Part shown: piece by piece, positions 36,796-42,751 of the stretch
Layout: the number at the start of each line of letters is the position of its first letter
How positions within the stretch are numbered: position 1 is the stretch's first letter
Assembly: GCA_020062205.1 (NCBI GenBank)
Contig: JAGUWT010000230.1
Coordinates: forward strand, 1 to 42,751
Length of the DNA: 42,751 nt
Source: Thermodesulfovibrionales bacterium
GTDB taxonomy: Bacteria > Nitrospirota > Thermodesulfovibrionia > Thermodesulfovibrionales > SM23-35
Reading direction: 5' to 3'
Program-made: the position numbers and the translations under genes
The notes under the pieces: model-generated
What the model saw: only the letters and a program-made list of their open reading frames with translations
What the model was told of the DNA's origin: nothing
Databases searched by the model: none

Positions 36796-37916
36796 AAATC
36801 TGCATTATCGTATCCAGCGAGATGACGGTCATGGTGTTCCTGCTCGACCAGATTGCGGCATTGAGCCGCCGATATGAAGTTACTGTAGTTGCCAACACAA
36901 GGAACAGGGATTTTCTGAATGCCATGGGAATAAAAGCGAACGTCTTTCCTGTCTGCATCGAAAGGAGGATAGCCCCGATCAGCGATATTAAGGCGCTGTT
37001 CTCCTTGCTTTATCTGTTTAAAAGGGAAAATTTTGCCATTATCCACTCCGTTACCCCAAAGGCCGGACTGCTGTCCATGACGGCAGGCTTTTTGGCTGGT
37101 GTCCCCAGTCGGGTTCATACATTTACAGGCCAGGTTTGGGTCACCAGTTCCGGAATGAAGAGGTGGTTCCTCAAAAGAATGGACAAGGTGCTGGCCGCCC
37201 TTGCCACAAATATCCTTGTCGACAGCTACTCGCAGAGGGAATTTCTGGTCGAGCATGGAATTGTTTCGAATGAGAAGTCCCGCGTTCTGGGGAAAGGCTC
37301 AATCAGCGGTGTCGATACAGATCGCTTCCGCCCCGACCCCCGTGCAAGATTGAAGACCCGGGGAAGGCTCGGCATCAGGGATGACGATATCGTCCTTCTA
37401 TATCTTGGCAGACTGAACAGGGACAAGGGGGTTCTGGATCTAGCCAAGGCATTCTCCGTCGTATGCGCCGCCCATCACGGTAATCTTCATCTCCTTGTTG
37501 TCGGCCCCGACGAGGAAAACATACGAGACAGCATTATTACACCGTATCCAAACAGGGTGCACTTTATTGAATACACTCATGAAGCAGAAAGATACATAGC
37601 CAGTGCCGACATATTCTGCCTACCTAGCTATCGAGAAGGATTCGGAAGCGTCATCATCGAGGCGGCATCGGCCGGGATCCCATCCGTTGGGTCGAGAATT
37701 TATGGGATTACCGATGCGATAGAAGAGGGTGTAACAGGGCTTCTGCATGACGCGGGCGATGTAAATCAGCTGGCAGTGAGATTGAGACAGCTTGTTGATG
37801 ACCCGGGGCTGAGGAGAAAAATGGGAGAAAATGCGCGCCTCTGGGCACAGCGTAATTTCTCAAAGGACATGCTGACCTCTGCCATGCTTGATTACTACAC
37901 GGAGATTTTGGGATAA
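36774..37916 (+). CDS. Family 4 glycosyltransferase (PglA/CapM-like)
   Basis: HSVTPKAGLL, HTFTG, GSISGVD, LGRLNRDKG, PSYREGFGSVIIEA (EX7E). Confidence 0.92.
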   Translation: MAATEKLKICIIVSSEMTVMVFLLDQIAALSRRYEVTVVANTRNRDFLNAMGIKANVFPVCIERRIAPISDIKALFSLLYLFKRENFAIIHSVTPKAGLLSMTAGFLAGVPSRVHTFTGQVWVTSSGMKRWFLKRMDKVLAALATNILVDSYSQREFLVEHGIVSNEKSRVLGKGSISGVDTDRFRPDPRARLKTRGRLGIRDDDIVLLYLGRLNRDKGVLDLAKAFSVVCAAHHGNLHLLVVGPDEENIRDSIITPYPNRVHFIEYTHEAERYIASADIFCLPSYREGFGSVIIEAASAGIPSVGSRIYGITDAIEEGVTGLLHDAGDVNQLAVRLRQLVDDPGLRRKMGENARLWAQRNFSKDMLTSAMLDYYTEILG

Positions 37917-37922
37917 TTTCCC

Positions 37923-38516
37923 ATGCTCAAGCGGTTGTTTGATTTTATGGTATCGCTCATTTTGCTTATTATATTGTCTCCGCTTATTGTCACGGTGACG
38001 ATAATGGTACGACTTATAATGGGCAGTCCTGTACTTTTCAGACAACAGAGACCTGGTTTGCATGCTAAGCCCTTTTTTTTGTATAAGTTTCGCACAATGA
38101 CTAATCGCCGTGATGTCGGGGGGCGGCTGTTGCCGGATGAGATGCGCCTGACGAAGTTCGGGAGTTTTCTCAGGAGATACAGTCTGGACGAGCTGCCCCA
38201 GCTCATCAACGTGCTCAGGGGCGATCTAAGCCTGGTAGGGCCGAGGCCGCTACTGATGGAGTATCTTCCGCTTTACAGCCCCGAGCAGGCCCGCCGTCAC
38301 GAAGTAAAACCCGGCATTACCGGATGGGCCCAGGTCAATGGTCGCAACGCCATTAGCTGGGAAGAAAAGTTTAGGTATGACATCTGGTATGTGGATAACT
38401 GCTCATTTTTGCTGGATTTAAAAATGCTCCTGATAACAGTAATCAATATTCTTAGAAGTGAAGGAATTAGCCAGGAAGGGCAGATTACTGCCGAAAAATT
38501 CAAAGGGAACAGATAA
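37923..38516 (+). CDS. pglC: Monotopic phosphoglycosyl transferase (PglC-type initiating sugar transferase)
   Basis: KRLFD, re-entrant helix, QQRPG, KFRTM, SLDELPQL, GDLSLVGPRP, PGITGWAQVNGRN, DIWYV. Confidence 0.88.
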   Translation: MLKRLFDFMVSLILLIILSPLIVTVTIMVRLIMGSPVLFRQQRPGLHAKPFFLYKFRTMTNRRDVGGRLLPDEMRLTKFGSFLRRYSLDELPQLINVLRGDLSLVGPRPLLMEYLPLYSPEQARRHEVKPGITGWAQVNGRNAISWEEKFRYDIWYVDNCSFLLDLKMLLITVINILRSEGISQEGQITAEKFKGNR

Positions 38517-38521
38517 AATTT

Positions 38522-38935
38522 ATGAATGATAGATTTAAAGGCTGGAAGTACCTGGAGATAAAAGAGGGAAAATTAACCAAATACAATTGGTTAGTCCAAC
38601 ATAAAGATAAGCTCCTATTGGGATATAAAACTGATATAGGCGCATTTACTTATATTAATGCAAAAAATGGGGTAGTTATAGAAGACTTTGTCCAGATAGG
38701 TTCTCATTGCTCGATATATTCTATTTCTACAATTGATGAAAAGGAAGGGAGGGTAGTCTTAAAGAAAAATTGTAAAATAGGCAGCCACAGCATTATAATG
38801 CCTGGAATAACGATAGGAGAGAATTCGATTATTGGTGCCTTTAGTTTTGTAAATAAGGATATACCTGATAATGTTACTGCCTTTGGAATACCTATAAAGA
38901 TTATTAAAAGGCGTGTAAAGAAAAAAATCCCCTAA
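38522..38935 (+). CDS. Hexapeptide-repeat acyltransferase
   Basis: IGAFTY, IEDFVQ, IGSHCS, LKKNCK, IGSHSI, IGENSI, IGAFSF, FGIP. Confidence 0.88.
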   Translation: MNDRFKGWKYLEIKEGKLTKYNWLVQHKDKLLLGYKTDIGAFTYINAKNGVVIEDFVQIGSHCSIYSISTIDEKEGRVVLKKNCKIGSHSIIMPGITIGENSIIGAFSFVNKDIPDNVTAFGIPIKIIKRRVKKKIP

Positions 38936-38940
38936 ATCCT

Positions 38941-40146
38941 ATGTTGCCAAAAGTTAATGAATTTAGAACGGAAAATTTTAAATCATTTGCCCCATGGCCT
39001 TCTTTCGCACATGATGAAATTAAAGCTGTTGTTAGCGTCCTTAGATCAGGCAAGGTTAATTACTGGACTGGTGAGGAAGGGCGTCTTTTCGAAAAGGAGT
39101 TTGCCAATTTTGTCAGTTGTGAATATGCTGTCGCTGTGGCCAATGGAACAGTTGCCCTAGAACTGGCTCTTTTTGCTCTTGGAATTGGACCTGGCGATGA
39201 AGTTATTGTAACAAGCCGCACCTTTATAGCATCAGCAAGTTGTATTGTTATGCGCGGGGCAAAGCCTGTTATGGCTGATGCTGACCCTGTCAGTCAGAAT
39301 ATAACTGTTGAGACAGTCAAGGCTGTTCTAAGTCCAAAAACCAAGGCAATAATAGCAGTGCATATAGGAGGTTGGCCATGCGATATGGACACTATAATGG
39401 AATTCGCAAAAAAACATAATTTGAAGGTTATTGAAGACTGCGCCCAGGCCCACGGGGCAACCTACGAAGGACGGCCTGTTGGTTCTTTGGGCGATGTGGC
39501 AGCTTTCTCCTTTTGTCAGGATAAAATTATGACGACGGGTGGAGAGGGAGGGATGTTAACAACCAATAATAAAAAGATATGGGAGAAGGCATGGTCTTTC
39601 AAAGACCACGGTAAGAATTATAACACTGTTTATAATAATAAACATGAGCCGGGTTTCCGCTGGCTTCACGAATCTTTTGGAACCAACTATCGTCTGACAG
39701 AAATGCAGTCGGCTATAGGCAGAGTCCAACTGAAAAAGGTTCCGGGCTGGATAAAGCTGCGTCAGCAGAATGCAGCCATATTGACGGATTGTTTTAAACG
39801 GATTCCCTCGCTGCGAGTAACAGTGCCGCCATCACATATAGGACACGCTTACTATAAGTATTATACTTTTGTTCAGATGGAGAAATTAAAGGCGGGATGG
39901 ACTCGTGATAGAATAATGAATGCTATAAATGCTGAAGGTATTCCCTGCTTCAGCGGGAGCTGCAGCGAGATATACCTTGAAAAGGCATTTGAATTAAAGG
40001 GGCTGCGTCCTAAAAAACGCCTGCAAACAGCAAAAGAACTTGGAGAGACAAGCCTGATGTTTTTTGTTCATCCCACATTGAGCAAGAAGGATATGAAAAA
40101 TACCTGCAGGGCAGTGGAGAAGGTATTGCGGGCGGCGATGCGATAG
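38941..40146 (+). CDS. DegT/DnrJ/EryC1/StrS aminotransferase (PglE-like role inferred from context)
   Basis: PWP, SGKVNYWTG, NGTVALE, EDCAQAHGA, SFCQDKIMTTGGEGG, GTNYRLTEMQ. Confidence 0.92.
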   Translation: MLPKVNEFRTENFKSFAPWPSFAHDEIKAVVSVLRSGKVNYWTGEEGRLFEKEFANFVSCEYAVAVANGTVALELALFALGIGPGDEVIVTSRTFIASASCIVMRGAKPVMADADPVSQNITVETVKAVLSPKTKAIIAVHIGGWPCDMDTIMEFAKKHNLKVIEDCAQAHGATYEGRPVGSLGDVAAFSFCQDKIMTTGGEGGMLTTNNKKIWEKAWSFKDHGKNYNTVYNNKHEPGFRWLHESFGTNYRLTEMQSAIGRVQLKKVPGWIKLRQQNAAILTDCFKRIPSLRVTVPPSHIGHAYYKYYTFVQMEKLKAGWTRDRIMNAINAEGIPCFSGSCSEIYLEKAFELKGLRPKKRLQTAKELGETSLMFFVHPTLSKKDMKNTCRAVEKVLRAAMR

Positions 40147-40342
40147 TCGCCCGCGCGAATGGGAGTAGCGGGTTGGCTGTGGCGTATTTGGTTGATAATG
40201 TGCAAAACATTGGAAACTTCGCTGGTCTGCGATGCGGTGATGGGGGCGATGATAATATCGGATGACGCACCAAGAGGAACTTCGGCGGTGTGTGGAAGTT
40301 AAATGATTAGCTTAGGGTAGGGTCAGCCTTATTTAGAAAAGG

Positions 40343-40732
40343 ATGGATGTCCTTGGTTTTGTCTTTGCTACTTTTGTAGTAAAATTGTCAGTTAATATCG
40401 GCATATTTCTTTGCCTTGTTATGTTTCTCTGCACATTTTATGCAGATGCAATAGTCACTATCTTTTACAGATGGAGAAGGGGAGAAAATCTAATAAAGGC
40501 ACACAGGAGTCACCTATATCAATATATGAGTAATGATCTGGGAATGCCCCATTGGATAGTATCGCTGTTGTATGCTTTAAGCCAGTTCGTCTTTGGCTTT
40601 CTGGCGTTATTAGCATACAGGAAAGGATTAGTATGGCAATTTATGGTCTTTTTAGGATTCGGAATCATGTTTCTGTTCACCTATAAGGTTGTTAAAAATA
40701 TAAAACCGAAATATCTGCTGGATAAAAAATGA
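40343..40732 (+). pseudogene. C-terminal fragment of a WecA/WbpL (MraY-family) polyprenol-phosphate HexNAc-1-P transferase
   Basis: LGFVFA...DAIVTIFYR..RGENLIKAHRSHLYQ is the C-terminal loop of this family. The N-terminal two-thirds, including the DD and FMGD motifs, is missing. Confidence 0.75.
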
Positions 40733-41052
40733 AGCGTTTATTTGATATAGTATTTTCACTGATTGGGCTGTTATTACTTCTGCCTTTATTTGCAGTGGTG
40801 CCATTCTTTATAAAGGTAGGAAGTAGAGGTCCTGTATTTTTTGCCCAGAAAAGGATTGGGAGGAATTTAAAGCCATTTAACCTTTACAAATTCATGACAA
40901 TGGTCCACGATGCAACTAAGAAGGGGCTTTCTATTACTACCGGTGCTGACTCACGAGTTACAAGGATTGGCAGGTTTTTACGAAAGACAAAGGTAGACGA
41001 GCTCCCACAGCTCTGGAATGTCCTTAAAGTGAAATTTATCTCAAATGCATAA
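40729..41052 (+). pseudogene. Truncated PglC-type sugar transferase
   Basis: KRLFD...GPVFF.Q.RIG...KFMTM (conserved Arg lost)...RKTKVDELPQLWNVLK, then similarity stops. Lacks SLVGPRP and the rest of the domain. Confidence 0.85.
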
Positions 41053-41168
41053 CTTTTGTCCCTCCCATTGCAAGGTTAATAGCTCCATATTCATGGCATG
41101 TCTACTATATACTTGAGAAACTGAAGGTTTTTAATACGCATTATATTGGGGTGATTAAGAAGAACTAA
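41031..41168 (+). pseudogene. Orphan C-terminal fragment of a deleted gene, probably a SAM methyltransferase
   Basis: Startless frame EIYLKCITFVPPIARLIAPYSWHVYYILEKLKVFNTHYIGVIKKN* begins exactly where the PglC-like similarity ends. Family assignment is from recall only. Confidence 0.4.
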
Positions 41169-41335
41169 TAATATAGTAAATATTTTTAATGAAACAGTTC
41201 TAATATTTATTCATAAAATGTATCATCGGCAAAACCCCCGCAACGTATAAGATGGAGGAATAAGCAAGGGCAAGACCATTATTGATTTTTTAGTCTTACT
41301 GGTGCTAAAATTCTTTAAATTGTAAAAGTAGAATT

Positions 41336-41620
41336 ATGGGAAAAATCCTTGTAAAAGAAACCATCACGAAAGAAAGAGAAATAGAAATTACAGTAGATAC
41401 ACTACTTGCTCTCATTGATGACCTTGCTTTGAAAGAGAAGACGGAATTGTTCAAAAAACTCTCTTCCGCTTTGAAAGGCAAGAAACCCTTAGAACTTATG
41501 CCATTTAAAAAAGACAGGATTGAAAATATCATCTCTGATTTTGCAGATACGAATCTGTATGAGGAAAATTTTCTTAGGGATTTAGAAGAAGGCTTGAAAA
41601 GATCTTCTATATATAAGTAA
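41336..41620 (+). CDS. Putative antitoxin (small protein upstream of RelE-like toxin)
   Basis: 94 aa, acidic C-terminus, 5 bp upstream of the toxin-like gene. Assigned by position only. Confidence 0.55.
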   Translation: MGKILVKETITKEREIEITVDTLLALIDDLALKEKTELFKKLSSALKGKKPLELMPFKKDRIENIISDFADTNLYEENFLRDLEEGLKRSSIYK

Positions 41621-41625
41621 CATTC

Positions 41626-41883
41626 ATGCCCCGGATATTGAACCTAAGGGATGATCTTGAAGAGTACATAAGAAAACAGGGACTTACAGAAAAATGGCAA
41701 CAAGTTAAACACCTATTTGAAAATGATCCATCACATCCTTCCTTGCATACTGAACTTCTTGAACCTAAACAACGTCTGATTTATTCTTTTAGAATTGATA
41801 AAAAGTATAGAGCCATATTTATCGTAAAAGGGAAAGACCTGATTGAAATAATCTCTATCACTAAGCATTATCGTAAACAATAA
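41626..41883 (+). CDS. Type II toxin, RelE/ParE superfamily mRNA interferase-like
   Basis: 85 aa basic protein, LFENDPSHPSLHTELL...IYSFRIDKKYRAIF...IEIISITKHY. Confidence 0.75.
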   Translation: MPRILNLRDDLEEYIRKQGLTEKWQQVKHLFENDPSHPSLHTELLEPKQRLIYSFRIDKKYRAIFIVKGKDLIEIISITKHYRKQ

Positions 41884-42276
41884 GACAATTCCCAAGTTAT
41901 AGGGATATGGTCGGATTCCACAATTTACATTCCCTGTGTCAATTTAATACATCCAGCATAAAATCCTTGGGATGGTAGCCAATACCTGGTATTACCTGCC
42001 ATGGAGCAAGAAGGAAATGTTGTACAGTCTGATTTAAGTTTCTGTCGAAAATTTCTAACTTTAATGGGACTTGTACTCCCTTAACAAGATTAATAATCCC
42101 TTATTCATATCTGGCATGTTATTTGCGTCTGAAAAATTATTTGTATTGATACATAATTCATACTTGTTTGTGCTCATAAAGCATACTTTTGTGCAAGGCA
42201 GTTTTGAAGGCTTTAATAATGGGAATCCCTTTCCACTATGCTATTCAGCCCTGTGATATGAATGAGATAATGGAGA

Positions 42277-42471
42277 TTGCCAAGGGGAATAGAATCTTTT
42301 GATGAAGCCGAAAAGCGAAAGACACTTATTGATGAAAAATTTCCCTGTGCTTCAATTGAGGATATAATTGAGAGCAAGAAGGCTGCTAAGAGACAAAGAG
42401 ATATGGAAGAACTACCACGCCTTGAAGCGTTTAGGGATGAATTAAGGAGAAAGCAAAGGGGACAAAGATGA
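42277..42471 (+). pseudogene. C-terminal fragment of a nucleotidyltransferase (TA-associated type)
   Basis: GIESFDEA...PCASIEDIIESKKAAKRQRDMEEL resembles the xSxxDLIxxKxAxxRxxD tail. The N-terminal catalytic part is absent. Confidence 0.55.
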
Positions 42472-42517
42472 TAATAAAATACTATACTAAGACTTTATAA
42501 GAGGGTAACCCAGGCAG

Positions 42518-42751
42518 ATGAAAAGAGGCTTTGACATATTTTTTTCATCCATTGGTCTCTTGGTATCTCTGCCTATCTTTGCATTGGTAGCAGTCCTCGT
42601 AAAGATAGAAAGCCGGGGGCCTGTATTTTTTATCCAGACAAGAATAGGCAGGAACTTCAAGCCTTTTGCCCTTTACAAGTTTAGAACCATGGTGGTGGAT
42701 GCTCCAAAGAAGGGCATCCCCATCACTGCCAGTGATGATCCACGAGTTACA
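42518..42751 (+). CDS. PglC-type sugar transferase, 5' part (runs off window; not in the ORF track)
   Basis: My translation: MKRGFDIFFSSIGLLVSLPIFALVAVLVKIESRGPVFFIQTRIGRNFKPFALYKFRTMVVDAPKKGIPITASDDPRVT, open to the window end. Confidence 0.88.
   Translation, partial: MKRGFDIFFSSIGLLVSLPIFALVAVLVKIESRGPVFFIQTRIGRNFKPFALYKFRTMVVDAPKKGIPITASDDPRVT

Larger units (their letters stand above)
148..40146 (+). other. Surface polysaccharide (O-antigen/capsule-type) biosynthesis gene cluster with nonulosonic acid pathway
   Basis: About 35 co-directional, often overlapping ORFs encoding nucleotide-sugar enzymes, a flippase, a Wzy/WaaL-family membrane protein, glycosyltransferases and an initiating phosphoglycosyl transferase. 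Confidence 0.95.

Noticed and set aside
40147-40342. Relatively GC-rich intergenic stretch as ncRNA, terminator or the missing WecA 5' part
   Set aside because: No convincing hairpin with U-tract, RNA motif or MraY-family translation found by eye.
1659-41532. Numerous short minus-strand and alternative-frame ORFs in the track (e.g. 4320-4727, 9524-9949, 14727-15170, 26394-26876, 36723-37256)
   Set aside because: They overlap motif-rich + strand genes and show no recognisable motifs; treated as shadow ORFs.
42071-42256. 61-aa ORF
   Set aside because: TTG start, no motif or clear SD; likely spurious in a decayed region.
1-42751. CRISPR array, tRNA/rRNA, integrase or prophage genes
   Set aside because: No regularly spaced repeats, RNA gene signatures or recombinase motifs seen; intergenic gaps are short.

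Overview
The window is almost entirely one co-directional (+ strand), tightly packed surface-polysaccharide biosynthesis locus (O-antigen or capsule type, Wzx/Wzy-like) from a bacterium I cannot place taxonomically. It reads as five modules. (1) 148-9929: a pseudaminic-acid-type nonulosonate pathway (pseB, RmlD-like/pseC fusion, SpsF-type cytidylyltransferase, pseG, NeuB-family synthase) interleaved with a cobalamin radical-SAM enzyme, a Gfo/Idh/MocA oxidoreductase and a class-III aminotransferase. (2) 9929-20525: N-acyl and O-methyl tailoring genes, including a DUF4910 / tandem iron-sulfur flavoprotein / adenylation enzyme / ACP / AAC(3) cassette. (3) 20578-24126: an orphan GT-B-like protein and a Wzx flippase. 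(4) 24164-32433: the most unusual block, with a GAPDH paralog with a remodelled active site, an SDR, a methyltransferase, a HAD phosphatase, an FAH hydrolase, a second (NeuA-type) cytidylyltransferase, a D-2-hydroxyacid dehydrogenase and a second orphan GT-B-like protein, but no PEP-dependent synthase. I propose this is an undescribed oxidative route to a CMP-activated 2-keto-acid sugar. (5) 32448-42751: a mosaic, partly decayed end with a GC-rich Wzy/WaaL-family gene between a GT2 stump and an IS3 scar, GT2/SDR/YdcF/GT4/PglC/acetyltransferase/DegT genes, remnants of WecA-type and PglC-type initiators, a RelE-type toxin-antitoxin pair and a further PglC-type gene running off the end. No rRNA, tRNA or CRISPR array was seen. 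All calls come from reading motifs by eye; no database search was run.
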